DNA of 64,000 nucleotides from a virus (Duplodnaviria > Caudoviricetes), in IMG/VR virus record IMGVR_UViG_3300034071_000801, positions 47,405-111,404 of that record. One strand, 5' to 3'. Each line of letters starts with the position of its first letter. Within the stretch, counting starts at the first letter, position 1. The notes below the pieces were generated by a model. It worked only from the letters and a program-made list of their open reading frames with translations. It did not search any database and was not told the DNA's origin. Position numbers and translations under genes: made by a program. This document shows, in pieces, positions 44,568-56,600 of the stretch.

Positions 44568-46423
44568 TGGCTAGTAAAGTAAAATGCACATGTGGATGGT
44601 CATGGGACAAATCTGATTCTAGTAAGAAAGATATGTACATATGTCATGAGTGTGGTAGAGATAATTCTAACAACATGAAGAATGGTGGTTGGTTAGATAA
44701 TTATAATGATTCACAAGCTTCTGCTCCTGAAGGAATGGAAGGAGATGGATTCTCTAATGTAGGTAGAAACTATTCTCCTGCATGGGGTGGGCAGTTTCAG
44801 AATGGTGGTAAAGCACCTAAGTATGTAGAATCAAAAAATGATCCTAGATATAAAGCTTATCATGATAGTCTTTCTTTACATAATGAATCTATTAATGATT
44901 TAAATCTTTTAAAAAAAATGAAAAGTTCTGGAAAGGCCATTGATTTTTTAGAAAGTAGATTTGAATCTGGAGAACCTAGAAAAAATAATGAGTACCCTTT
45001 ATCGAAAAAAGGAGAAAAATCTTTTAATTCTTTAAAAAAATTAAATAAAAAAGAACCACAACCAGCATACAAAAAAATTGAATATGATGGTTTATTTGGA
45101 TTAGGATCAACTATAAATACTCCTGTATATAAAAAACCACAACAACAAGTAATAGTAAAACCTACTACAACTAAACAAACTAAACAAACTAAAAAATCTG
45201 GAATAAGAGAAGTAACAAAAAGCGAATTTAGTGAAATAAGTAATCAAAGTCCTTTAGTCAAAGTAGAAGGAGATGATTTTTATTCTAATGATCTTGGAGA
45301 TAAAGTAGTTATAGTAGAAAAAAGAAAACCTGTAAAAGAAATACAAAATAATCTACAGCCAGCAGGATTAGTACAAGGTGATTTTAATATAGATGCTAAT
45401 GCAGAAATACATCCAGAAGTAAGACGTGCTAAATCTTGGAAGTATAATACAAGAGAAGGTAGAAGTGAAGAATCAGGATATATAAATTCTCCAGAAGATA
45501 TGGATTATTATACTAGACTGAAAGATTTTTATCAAACAGGTGCTGGAAAAGGTTTAGGGAATAAAGTGGAGATTACACCAAGCTATCAAATGGGTGGATC
45601 TGTCTATCCAGTTAATTATGTTCCTCAAGCACAAGAAGGTAAACAATTAACTTTTCTACAACCTACTAGTGATAAACTACCAGAAGGTTATAGAATTCCT
45701 TATTCTGATCCTAGTAGTGAAAGAGCTATGTCTATAGGTGGAGAAAATGGAGAACCATCTTATTTAATTCCTAGTTTTAAATATGGTAAACCATTAAATG
45801 ATCCAATGGGAGAATTTAGAAAAACAGGTGAACATTTAGGTGGTCCATTTAAAACATGGCAAGATGCTGATAAGTGGGAGAATGAAACTAGACATCCAGC
45901 AGTTGAGAAAGGAGAAAATATAATGTTTCCTCAAGAACAATTTGCAATGGGTGGTTCTATACCAGGAGCTGTAGGTTTCTCATATGCACGTACACAAGGT
46001 GCTGCTCCTAGTAATGGTCCATATGCAAAGAAAACAATGGCTAGTGCACAGAATGGTAAAGAGATGAAATACTATCAGAATGGATTAGATTGGCAACCTA
46101 AAAGTATTAGTAGAAATGGTTCTATTATTAAAGATGATAGAGGGCAATGGGATCATCCAGGAGAGATAACAGAAATCAATTCTAATGATATAACAATGGA
46201 AGGAGTTCCTTATGATGTACTTGGTATATCTGATACAGGAGATACAAAACTAATGAAGCCAGGGAAGAACTATAAGTTCAAAGGAAAGAAGGTTACAGAA
46301 TATCCTATGGCTAAGAATGGAATGAGACAAGAACAGAAGAGTTTGCAGAATCTAGATAATCTAACTAACTTTACCAATTACAATAAACCACAACCAGGAG
46401 GCTGGCTAAACAAATACAATTAA
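44567..46423 (+). CDS. Putative internal virion (cargo) protein
   Basis: 618 aa, repeated xxNGG/xxMGG motifs, N-terminal CxC...CxxC. Confidence 0.55.
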   Translation: MASKVKCTCGWSWDKSDSSKKDMYICHECGRDNSNNMKNGGWLDNYNDSQASAPEGMEGDGFSNVGRNYSPAWGGQFQNGGKAPKYVESKNDPRYKAYHDSLSLHNESINDLNLLKKMKSSGKAIDFLESRFESGEPRKNNEYPLSKKGEKSFNSLKKLNKKEPQPAYKKIEYDGLFGLGSTINTPVYKKPQQQVIVKPTTTKQTKQTKKSGIREVTKSEFSEISNQSPLVKVEGDDFYSNDLGDKVVIVEKRKPVKEIQNNLQPAGLVQGDFNIDANAEIHPEVRRAKSWKYNTREGRSEESGYINSPEDMDYYTRLKDFYQTGAGKGLGNKVEITPSYQMGGSVYPVNYVPQAQEGKQLTFLQPTSDKLPEGYRIPYSDPSSERAMSIGGENGEPSYLIPSFKYGKPLNDPMGEFRKTGEHLGGPFKTWQDADKWENETRHPAVEKGENIMFPQEQFAMGGSIPGAVGFSYARTQGAAPSNGPYAKKTMASAQNGKEMKYYQNGLDWQPKSISRNGSIIKDDRGQWDHPGEITEINSNDITMEGVPYDVLGISDTGDTKLMKPGKNYKFKGKKVTEYPMAKNGMRQEQKSLQNLDNLTNFTNYNKPQPGGWLNKYN

Positions 46424-46424
46424 T

Positions 46425-49400
46425 ATGAAAGCACAAATTTTAAAAATAGCAGGTGTTAAAACTGAGAAAGAGTTTTACAAGAAATATAAAACAGAAGCAG
46501 ACTTCATGAAGGTGCATGGTAAAGCTTTTAAAAAAGCTCAAATGGGTACTGTTATTAGTGGTAGTGGTGATAAACTATCAAATCCTAAACTAATCAACTT
46601 ACAGAATATGTATGATGAAGCAGATATGGATGTTACTGGTATGACAGATGAGATGAGACAAAAACAAGCTGCTGCTTTACAATCTTCTCAAGCTCCTGCT
46701 CCTAGTAGCGGAGGTGGAGGTGGTGGAGGAGATATGTTTGGTTCTATATTTAAAATGTTAGGTGGAGCTGGTGGTGGAGCTGGTGGTGAAGCTTCTGGAG
46801 GAGGTATGGGTGAAATGGCTTCTGCATTAGCTAAATATGGAGCTGATATTCCTAGAGCACAAACTGGTTGGAATGGAGCAGGATCAACAAACTATGGGCA
46901 ACCTCAACAACCTTATTATGGTCCTGCATCACAGCAACCAGTTCAAAGTGTAGGAAGTTTACAACCTGCTGGAAATACTCCATCTGGACAAAATTTAAAT
47001 CAACTTAATCCATTACCTACATCTCAACAGTTAAATGCTCAACCTGGACAAGAAGAAGGTATAATGGATACTATTGCAAAGAAAGCAGGACCAGTAGGTC
47101 AACTATATGGTAGCTATCAAGCATTAAGAGGAGAGAGAAGAGCTAGAAAAGCAGCTGAACAACAAAAGGCTGTAAGTGATATTACATTAAAAGCATCACA
47201 AACTAGACCAGAACAAATACAAAGAAAGTATGTAAGACCAGAAGATATACAAAATACTGGTGAAGAGTTCTTTCCTATATATGGTGTAGGAACTAATCCC
47301 CTTGCTAGAAATGGTAGATATATTCATAAAGCACAAGATGGTACAATTGAAACTCCTGAAGTAGATGCAGTACCTACTGATTGGTATGAAGAAGGAATGG
47401 ATAAAGATACTTATTATGGATTTAAGAAACAACTTGATGATGCTGGATATACATCTATAGCAAAACCACAATCTGTAAACATTGGAGAGATGCAGGATAT
47501 AACTGAAGCTCAACCACAATATAATCAACTGTCAGATCAACAATCATCTGAATTTATGGAAACATATAACAGAGATCAAGGTAACTCAACTTCATCATTT
47601 GATTCTAACTCTGCTAGAGATAACTGGGTTCAGAAAACAGGACTTCCATGGAGTGAAGCTAAAAGACTTGGTTATACATCAGGATCTGCAAAAGATAACA
47701 CAAAACTATTAGGTGAATTAAATGATCCTAGATTTAAAAAAGAAAATTTAAGAACAGTTCCTTCTAAAAATAGTTCTAACTCACGTACTCCAGTACAACA
47801 TAGAGAAACTCCTTCAGGAAGACTTACACCTATTAAACCGCAATCATACGCAGAAGCTATGAAAGGTAAACCTAAATACTCAGGTAATCAAGGAAATATA
47901 GGAACACCAGATGAAGGAAATATGATTACTAGACTTGGAGAACGTTTAGCTAATCCACTACAAACATTTGGAGAATATATTAAATATGGAGAATTACCTT
48001 CAAAAGGTTTTTCTAAGTATAGTAAAAATGCTTTTGATCAAGTATTAGGACTTAAAAATCCAGCTTATTGGGCAAATGCTGTAGGTAATGCTTCAGACTA
48101 TGCAAGTGAAGGAGAATATAGGAAAGCAGTGATTGAAGCTGCAGATGCACTTCCTGCTTTAGGTAAACTTAAATATGTTAAAAATGTACCATTTGCTAAA
48201 GGACTTCCAGCAGCAAAAGAGTTTATTAAAAGAGCTGGTTACTTAGGAGAAGGTGCTAAAAGAATATCAGGACCTGCTTCTAAACAATTAGGACAAGCTA
48301 CACCAAAACTATTACAAGAAGGATTTACACCTAATTTTGTAATGTATAAAAATGGTGGTGGTATAGGTGGTAATCCTACAGAGATACAAAACACTTATGG
48401 TAATGGTAACTCTATATATGATGATCTTGGATATGAACCATTAACTGATCCAAACCAAGTTAAATCTTTTTATCATGGTGGAAGATTACATAGTATGCAA
48501 GATGGTGGAGGAACTCCATGGGGACAAATTGGAGAAGTAGGTAGTCAAGTTGCTGGTCAAGCTTCGGGAGGACCTAATGCTGGTGGTGATATTGGTGGTC
48601 AACTTGGTGGTACATTAGGAGAAGCAGCTGGTAATGCTATTGCTCCAGGTATAGGTGGTCCAATTGGTAAAGCTATAGGACAAGTTGGTGGAACACTTGC
48701 TGGAGGATTTTTAGATACTAATCCAAAAGCTATAAAAAGAAATCAAGCTGCTACAAGAAGAAATATACAAACAATGGCTCTTAATTCTGGGTTCCAAGGA
48801 ATACAAGGGCAGAATGCTTCTTATGTAAGAGATGGTGGTGATATTCCTAACTATGAAGATGGTGGATACATGAATCCAGAATATAATCCACAAGTGATTA
48901 CAATGTTTGGAGATCATGATTCTCAAGACTTTGCTGACTATGCTCACAAAGATGAATTTAGAGCTGGTGGACATTTAAAAGCATACACACCTCCTAGTGA
49001 AAGAGCTATGGAAACATATGAGAATGGTGGAGGAGTTAAGTCTTATGGATTAGGTGGAGAGTTACAAACACATTGGGGTGGAGGAGCTGAAACTATGTCA
49101 TACAATCCTTACTTACCAGGTACAGGAGAAACAGTTATGTTTAGAGGTAAGAGTCATGAGGAGTATTCTCCTAATGGAGAAACAGGAATAGGTGTTACAT
49201 ATGGTGGTAATCCAGTAGAAGTTGAAAGAGGAGAACCTATGGTTGAATTAGAAGAAGGTGGTACAGTGGATCCTCAAACAGGAGAAGTACAAAAGTCTGG
49301 TGTAGTATTTGGTAACTTAAAAATACCTAATCAATATATAGATATGTTAGGAGATAAATCTGCTAAGGGTAAGAAGTTTAAAAACTATGTAGCTGATCTT

Positions 49401-50846
49401 TCTAAAACAGAAGCTAAACAAAATAAACTTATAGAGAAATCAACTAATGAGTTAGATGCATTTACACCAATTACATCATTTGATAAATTAAAACTTACAG
49501 CATTACAAGCTAACATACAAGGAGCTAATATGAAACTTAAAGATATAGCTGATAAAAAAATAAATGCAGCTTCTCTTCAAAATGCTATCAATGATACAGC
49601 AGAAGAACATGGATTAGTTGCAGATGATCTTGCAAGAGGTAAAGTGAAAATAGATAAAAAAGCTAATCAGCAATATGCTAAATTTGGTGGTAATTTTAAA
49701 AAAGCACAAGATGGATATAAAACAATAGGTATTAAACCAGGAACTATAGATTATAATCCTATTGGACAAACATCAGGTGGAGATTTATGGAAAGATGAAA
49801 CTACATATGAAAATGTATGGAAACCAAAAGTATATTCTGCATTTAATGATCCAAGAAGAGCTGAAGAGCTTATTAAAAATATTGAGAATTATAAAGGTCA
49901 AGATGCTTCAGATGTACAAGCTGCAATTGCAAAAGGTAAAACTCCTGAAGAGAAGAAAGCTATTGCAATTAGATTAGCTACAGATAAAAAAGTTGGACCT
50001 TTTCATGAGATTATGAATCAAGTTATTGATTATAAACTACCTACTACTACACCAACAACAACTAAAACTATATTACCAAACAATCTTCCTTTAGAACTTC
50101 CAAAAGAAAAAGGTGCAGATTGGATGAATATTATTAATGCTGCTATCCCTTATTTAAGACCTTCAGATCAAGAAGCTCTTGATATGGAACAGTTATATCC
50201 AGAGATGTATGCAATGTCTTCTAATCAATTAGAACCAGTTCCTGCACAAGGATATCAACCTGATCTTGGTGTTCCTTATGATATATCATTACAAGATCAA
50301 TTGAATGCTAACCAAGCAGATTATAGATCTATGCAAAGAATGGTAGGATATAATCCAGCAGCTCAAGCTAATCTAAATGCTCAGAAGTATCAAGCTAACC
50401 AACAAGTGTTAGGTAATCAATTTAGAGCTAACCAAGAGATGAAAGATAAAGTGTATGGTGAGAATAGAAATATTCTAAACCAAGCTAAACTTACTAACCT
50501 TGGTATTTATGATAAGCAATATGAAAGACAAGCTCAAGCTTTATCTAATACTAAAGCTACAACACAAGCTGCTCTTAATTCTATTGCTGATAAGTATGCT
50601 AAGAATAAACTTGAGAACAGAACATTAGGTGTATATGAGAACATGTATAATTATAGATATGATGATCAAGGAAGAGCTATTAATATGAACCCACTTGCAC
50701 AATTCAATACAGAAGGAAGAGCAAATGTTGGTAGTCCTAAAAATGTTGCTCCTGAAGGATACGAATATGAAACTATTTTAAAGAAGAAGAAAGAAAAAGA
50801 TGTTGCTAAAAATGGTTCAATCGTAAAATCTTATAAAAATATATAA
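46425..50846 (+). CDS. Putative internal virion (cargo/ejection) protein
   Basis: 1473 aa, Gly/Gln-rich, glycine-zipper segment, VEVERGE motif, repeated xxxGG motifs. Confidence 0.6.
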   Translation: MKAQILKIAGVKTEKEFYKKYKTEADFMKVHGKAFKKAQMGTVISGSGDKLSNPKLINLQNMYDEADMDVTGMTDEMRQKQAAALQSSQAPAPSSGGGGGGGDMFGSIFKMLGGAGGGAGGEASGGGMGEMASALAKYGADIPRAQTGWNGAGSTNYGQPQQPYYGPASQQPVQSVGSLQPAGNTPSGQNLNQLNPLPTSQQLNAQPGQEEGIMDTIAKKAGPVGQLYGSYQALRGERRARKAAEQQKAVSDITLKASQTRPEQIQRKYVRPEDIQNTGEEFFPIYGVGTNPLARNGRYIHKAQDGTIETPEVDAVPTDWYEEGMDKDTYYGFKKQLDDAGYTSIAKPQSVNIGEMQDITEAQPQYNQLSDQQSSEFMETYNRDQGNSTSSFDSNSARDNWVQKTGLPWSEAKRLGYTSGSAKDNTKLLGELNDPRFKKENLRTVPSKNSSNSRTPVQHRETPSGRLTPIKPQSYAEAMKGKPKYSGNQGNIGTPDEGNMITRLGERLANPLQTFGEYIKYGELPSKGFSKYSKNAFDQVLGLKNPAYWANAVGNASDYASEGEYRKAVIEAADALPALGKLKYVKNVPFAKGLPAAKEFIKRAGYLGEGAKRISGPASKQLGQATPKLLQEGFTPNFVMYKNGGGIGGNPTEIQNTYGNGNSIYDDLGYEPLTDPNQVKSFYHGGRLHSMQDGGGTPWGQIGEVGSQVAGQASGGPNAGGDIGGQLGGTLGEAAGNAIAPGIGGPIGKAIGQVGGTLAGGFLDTNPKAIKRNQAATRRNIQTMALNSGFQGIQGQNASYVRDGGDIPNYEDGGYMNPEYNPQVITMFGDHDSQDFADYAHKDEFRAGGHLKAYTPPSERAMETYENGGGVKSYGLGGELQTHWGGGAETMSYNPYLPGTGETVMFRGKSHEEYSPNGETGIGVTYGGNPVEVERGEPMVELEEGGTVDPQTGEVQKSGVVFGNLKIPNQYIDMLGDKSAKGKKFKNYVADLSKTEAKQNKLIEKSTNELDAFTPITSFDKLKLTALQANIQGANMKLKDIADKKINAASLQNAINDTAEEHGLVADDLARGKVKIDKKANQQYAKFGGNFKKAQDGYKTIGIKPGTIDYNPIGQTSGGDLWKDETTYENVWKPKVYSAFNDPRRAEELIKNIENYKGQDASDVQAAIAKGKTPEEKKAIAIRLATDKKVGPFHEIMNQVIDYKLPTTTPTTTKTILPNNLPLELPKEKGADWMNIINAAIPYLRPSDQEALDMEQLYPEMYAMSSNQLEPVPAQGYQPDLGVPYDISLQDQLNANQADYRSMQRMVGYNPAAQANLNAQKYQANQQVLGNQFRANQEMKDKVYGENRNILNQAKLTNLGIYDKQYERQAQALSNTKATTQAALNSIADKYAKNKLENRTLGVYENMYNYRYDDQGRAINMNPLAQFNTEGRANVGSPKNVAPEGYEYETILKKKKEKDVAKNGSIVKSYKNI

Positions 50847-50918
50847 CTAATTTGATTATAAAGAATTACCAGAATTGATTATTAATTTTGGTAATTCTAA
50901 TAATTCATATTACATTTG
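50842..50918 (+). promoter_or_regulatory. 28-bp box plus sigma-A promoter (copy 2)
   Basis: TATAACTAATTTGATTATAAAGAATTAC-N17-TTTG-N20-TACATTTG. Confidence 0.7.
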
Positions 50919-50956
50919 CTAATCTACATACATAGTATGTAAAATATAAAAATAAC

Positions 50957-53647
50957 ATGGCCTCATATACTGACAAAATTCCAACATTTAATCCTTATGT
51001 ATCACAATTACCTGTAGAGGCAATGGTGAAAGTTGGTATGCAAAAACAACAACAATATGAACAAGGTGTAGAAAAAATACAAACTACAATTGATAATATT
51101 GCAGGAATGGATGTTGCTAGTGAGTTAGATAAAAAATATCTACAATCTAAACTTAATGCTCTTGGTAACAATCTTAAAAATGTTGCTGCTGGAGATTTTT
51201 CAAATTTCCAATTAGTTAATTCTGTTAATGGAATGACTAATCAAATAGCAAAAGATGAAAATGTAATTAATGCTGTAAGTTCTACTGCTAGAATAAGACA
51301 AGAACAAAAAATATTAAATCAAGCTGAGAAAGAAGGAAAATCATCTGTTCAAAATAGAGCTAAGTTTGAAGAAGGTGTTAGTAAATATATCAATAAAACA
51401 GATATAAAAGAATCATATAATGGTAAATATACTCAGTATACAGATATAGATAAAAAACTTAGAGAAGTAGCTGATAAAATACATGAAGTAGATAACTCTA
51501 TTGAGAATCCATATAAAAGAGACAATGCTGGTAATACACTTTATTTTGATTCAAGAGGTAATGCTTCATTAGATCCTTCAAAAGGTGTTGCTAAAATAGA
51601 TGATGCAATGCTTTCTATAAAAGTTAAAGGTAAGCCTGCAGAGAAAATTTTATCTAACTTCTACAGTTCTTTAAATGAAAATGATAAAGAACAATTAGGT
51701 ATAGATGCTTGGTATCATTATAGAGGAAAAACAGCAGATACATTTAAAACAGATGCTACACAAAATTATAATGATTCAAGAGAGTTGTTATCAAAAAAGG
51801 TTATACAATTAAATTTAGATTTAACTACTAAACCTAATTTAACCACTGCAGATAAAAATAAACTTCAAGCAGATATAAATACTGCTAATAAAATATTAAC
51901 AGATGGTTCTCTTGAAAAAAGTTTAGCCACTGAAATTGAACAAATTGATTCTAATGAAGATATTGAACAATATAAATATAAACTTTATACACAAAAAACT
52001 TTAACTAATTTAGCTAAAGATGTGTCTTGGCAAAGTTATGAGCAGGAGTATAAAACTAATCCGTATTTTCAAGCAGACATGCAGAAAAAACAGTTACAGT
52101 TTTCATATGACAATGCTGCAAGAGATCAAAGAAATCAAGATAGAGCATTCAATTGGGGAGTAACTAAATTTTATGCTGAACAAACATTAGCAGCAGCTAA
52201 ACTTAAAGGAGGACTTGCTACAGGTAATATACCAGTTACAGATCAAGCAATTGCTACAGATATCGATAAGCCAGATGCAGGAAAATTAAATGCAGAGATA
52301 TTAGGTATAGGTGGAGAAAGAACAAAAGGTGGTGTAGTTATAGTACCTGGTCAAATTGATAATCTTACTACTAAATATTTAGATAAGGTGACTAATCCTT
52401 CTTTAGGTACAAACCAACAAAAAGCAACATATCTAGATTACTTAGCAAGAGAGTATGCTCAAGATCCATCTAAGTTAGTTAAGAGTTTAGGTAATCCTAA
52501 TTTAGCTAAATACTTAGAACAAAGAAGAGCACTTGAAATTACATTAGGACAAAAACAATCTTTATATAAAGCTACAAAAGATGCATCAAGTATATTTGAT
52601 AAACAACAACAAGATATACTTAAACAAGAAGGTGGTGTAAATGATTCTAAAGGAAGAACTTTATATACATCAACTGAGTTATATAACTTTTCAAAAAATG
52701 CTGAAACTTTTCTTGTTACAACTGGAGGTGGTGGAGGTGCAACTGGAGGTGGTGGTATAGGTACAACATCACTAGATGTTAATGGATTGATGAAAGCAAC
52801 TAAAGGTACTAAAAATGAACCATTAGCAAGAGCTTATATACACAATTATTTAGGTAAAGACTTAACTTCAACAGAAAAAGTATTACTTAATAGAGCACAT
52901 TTAATCAAACAAAAATATGATCCTCAATTACATAAGATAGAACAAGATAAAAGAAACTTTGAATCAGAGTTTTTAGCTAAGAGAATGCCTGAGAGACAAA
53001 TGCAAGTTGGAACTATTGATTATAAAAACAATAAAGGTGATGAAACTCTTGTTGATCAAATAATTGGAAACAAATTACGTGAATATCAGACCCTTGGACA
53101 AGTAGATGTTCAAAAATGGGGAGATTTTTCACCATCAACATTATCTAAAATTAGAGAAGATAAAAATGCTTCATATACAATAGAGAAAAAATATGATGGG
53201 TCTGCTAATTTGGTTGTAACAAGTGGAGAAGATAAACAAATTATTCCTATTACAGCTCAAGAGTTATCTACATACTCTTCAAAGATTGCACAAAGTAATC
53301 CTTGGAATGATATTAAGTCAGAAGTGTTTGCATCAGCTGCACACACAACTAATTTAATAGGAGGTAATGATAGTTCAGCTGCAACAAATGCACGTTTAAG
53401 TGGATACAATGCTCCTAGTTTAGCGAATACAGCATTAGCCCCTTTAGTTAGATTTGATGTTGAAGGATCTGCTGATAATGATGGTGGACCAAATGATAGT
53501 TACATTCTTAGAATGTACGCACAAAATAATGGAATATGGCAAACTGGATATATTGGAAATGAATTTTCTAGTCTTGCTACTGTTCAGGAACAAATGAAAA
53601 ACATTGGTCCTGGAACTGTTTCTGATTTTTTAAAAACCTATAAATAA
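50957..53647 (+). CDS. Putative internal virion (cargo) protein preceding the RNA polymerase
   Basis: 896 aa helical protein; FNPYVSQLP N-terminus; synteny. Confidence 0.6.
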   Translation: MASYTDKIPTFNPYVSQLPVEAMVKVGMQKQQQYEQGVEKIQTTIDNIAGMDVASELDKKYLQSKLNALGNNLKNVAAGDFSNFQLVNSVNGMTNQIAKDENVINAVSSTARIRQEQKILNQAEKEGKSSVQNRAKFEEGVSKYINKTDIKESYNGKYTQYTDIDKKLREVADKIHEVDNSIENPYKRDNAGNTLYFDSRGNASLDPSKGVAKIDDAMLSIKVKGKPAEKILSNFYSSLNENDKEQLGIDAWYHYRGKTADTFKTDATQNYNDSRELLSKKVIQLNLDLTTKPNLTTADKNKLQADINTANKILTDGSLEKSLATEIEQIDSNEDIEQYKYKLYTQKTLTNLAKDVSWQSYEQEYKTNPYFQADMQKKQLQFSYDNAARDQRNQDRAFNWGVTKFYAEQTLAAAKLKGGLATGNIPVTDQAIATDIDKPDAGKLNAEILGIGGERTKGGVVIVPGQIDNLTTKYLDKVTNPSLGTNQQKATYLDYLAREYAQDPSKLVKSLGNPNLAKYLEQRRALEITLGQKQSLYKATKDASSIFDKQQQDILKQEGGVNDSKGRTLYTSTELYNFSKNAETFLVTTGGGGGATGGGGIGTTSLDVNGLMKATKGTKNEPLARAYIHNYLGKDLTSTEKVLLNRAHLIKQKYDPQLHKIEQDKRNFESEFLAKRMPERQMQVGTIDYKNNKGDETLVDQIIGNKLREYQTLGQVDVQKWGDFSPSTLSKIREDKNASYTIEKKYDGSANLVVTSGEDKQIIPITAQELSTYSSKIAQSNPWNDIKSEVFASAAHTTNLIGGNDSSAATNARLSGYNAPSLANTALAPLVRFDVEGSADNDGGPNDSYILRMYAQNNGIWQTGYIGNEFSSLATVQEQMKNIGPGTVSDFLKTYK

Positions 53648-53656
53648 AATAATAGT

Positions 53657-56600
53657 ATGCCAATTTTTGACAACGAACTTATAGATAATACATCTGATAG
53701 AGAAATTAGATTACCACAAGCACCATTAGGATCTCCTGTTACAAGAGAGATAAATACTGACATGGGAGGAAACTGGGGTAATAGTAATAGAAATAAAGTT
53801 GAAATGGGTTTAAGCCTAGATGAACTTGCTAATGTACAAGCTCCAACTCAAACATCTTTTGATAAACCTTTTAGTTCTGTAAGTGCAAAAACATTATTAG
53901 ATAATAAACGTTATCCTATGTATGAAAGAGATGTAGATCTTGAAAACATATATGGATTACAACAATCATGGTATACTAAATTAGGACATAGTCTTGTTAA
54001 AGCTGGAGTTACAGCTGCTGGTACATTTGCACAATCTCTTACAGATATTCCTAATACAATATCAGCTCTTAAGAATGGTAGTATGGCTGATCTTTCTGGT
54101 AATCCAGATGGATATGAAGGAAGTATAGATAATTGGATTAAGAACTTTGAAGATATTCTTCCTAACTATATGACTAGAGAGGAAAAAGAACATCCTTATT
54201 TAGCTATGATTCCTTTTGCTCCAGGGTCTGCAAACTTTTGGGGAGAATCAGTTATTAAGAATCTTGGATTTACAGCTGGTGCTATTGCAGGAGCAGTGGT
54301 ACAAGATGCTGCAATTGGTGCTGTTACAGAAGGTGTAGGAGCAGTTCCATTACTTGCTAATCAAATAGGTAAAACTGCTTTATGGATTAATAAACTTGCA
54401 GGAGGAACTAATAAAGTTGAATCTGTTTTAGATTTAGCAAGAACATTAGGTAAAACTGAAAAACAACTTTTAAAAATACAACAACTAGGAAACATAGCTC
54501 AATCTCAGAAAGTATTAAATGGTGCACGTTATGGTATCATTAGTTGGGGATCTGCACAAACAGAAGCTGGTGTTGAAGCTAGAGATGGATATAGACATGT
54601 TAAAGAACAATTAATTCAAGAGTATAGAGATAAGAACTTTGGTGAAGAACCTATAGGACAATCTCTTCAAGAAATTGAAGACTATTCTACTAATGCTATG
54701 AATACTAGATTTGGTATTAACATGGCATTGTTAACTGTATCTAATGCTGTACAATTTGATAACTTATTTAAATCTTTTACTACAGCTCAAAAAGGAGTTA
54801 CAGGAAGTCTTACAAGAGGTATAGGTGAATCTGGTAAGGTGGGTCTTAAAGAAGGAAGTATTGATGTATTTGAAAAGAAAGCTGTAACAGGTGCAAAAGA
54901 TAGAGTTTGGGATTTTGTTAAACCTAAACTTCCTAATATATTATCTGAAGGTGTATACGAAGAAGGTGGACAATATGCTGCTGAAAAAGGAACCTATGAT
55001 TATTATACAAGAAAATATAAAAACCTTAACAATCCAGTTAAGAAACAAAACTGGGATGATTTAAATGAAATTGTTAGTTCAACTACTTATGGTTTATCTG
55101 AACAATTTAATAGTACAGAAGGTATTAATAATATGATTGTCGGTGGACTTACTGCTATGTTAATAGGAGGAGGACAATCAATATATGATAGAGCAAAAGG
55201 ACAAGGTCAAGATGCTAGATTAAACTCTTCTGTTAGTATGCTTAACAGATATGGAATGACAGGTATTCTTTCTGATAAGTATGACAATACATTAAACTCT
55301 ATTGGTATAGCAAAAGAAATGAATGCTGCTGCAGAGAGTGGAGATATATTTAGATATAAAAATCTTAAGAATGATATGTTTTTCAATTTTGTACAATCAC
55401 GTATTCCTTCTGGAATGCATGATGTTACAATTGAACAATTAAGTATGTTGAAAGATCTTGATAAAGAAGATTTCCAAAAAACTTTTGGGATGGACTTTAA
55501 TTCATCTAACCAAAAAACTGTAAATGGATATGTAGATTCATTAATTGAAAAAGCTAATGATATTAATAAAACATCAGAAGCTATAAATGCTACATTTAAA
55601 AATCCATTCACTCCTTCTACAGATCCTAAAACTCCTGAAGCAGTATCTGAAAACTTTAATCATGACACTTTTGAAAGTTGGAAAACAGATCTTAACTACT
55701 ACGCATCAATTAAAGATGATGTAAATCATAGACTTGATTCTATACAAGATAAAGTATCACAAATAAATCCTCTTTTAGATAATGATACATTAGCTAGTAT
55801 AACTGATGCAGATTCATTAAAAGAATTATCTAGATCATACGAAGAAAGAGCTAATCAATTAAATAAAACAATAACTGAGTACACTACACCTGCTGATAAA
55901 AAAGCTACTAGAGAACAAGTAAAAGCATTACGTACACAGTCTGAAAAAATTAATCTTGCTTTGAATAGCAAATCTCTTGATTTAAAAACATTCCATTCAT
56001 TACTAAACTTTGAATTAAACAATCAAGATGGTAAGAAAGATGATGTTGTAGGTCTTGAGAATGCTTCAGAGCTGTATGTATATGGAGCTGATATTAATAA
56101 AAACAGTGAACATAAAAAAGCAGCAAGTGTAGCATTTGATAATCTTTCTACAGAAGAAGGATTTGATAAATATTTCAAACAAGCAAAAGATATTGCTGAT
56201 AATCAAGTTGCTGCTGAAGAAGCTGATAAAACTGTCACTGGTCCTACATTTGTTAATAGTGAAAAACAACAAGAGCCATTAGAAGTTAATAGAGAGTATG
56301 AAGTGAAAGCTACAAAGAAAGCTACTATTAATAAAATTGCTGAAGATAGATATGAAGTGGTAGCTCCTGATGGAACTTCTTCTTTCTATAAAACTGAAGA
56401 ACAAGCTAAAGAAGAAGCTAAAGATTTAACTGATGAGAATACTAACTTATCTAAGGTTAAAGTGTTAGCAACAAATGAAGATGGTACAGTTAAAGTGGAA
56501 GATGTTAATGGAGATATATTAAATATTGATCCTTCAAGATTACAAGGATATGCTAAAATAAAAACTCAAGAAGAGAAACTAGGTAAGGATAAAGAAGTGA

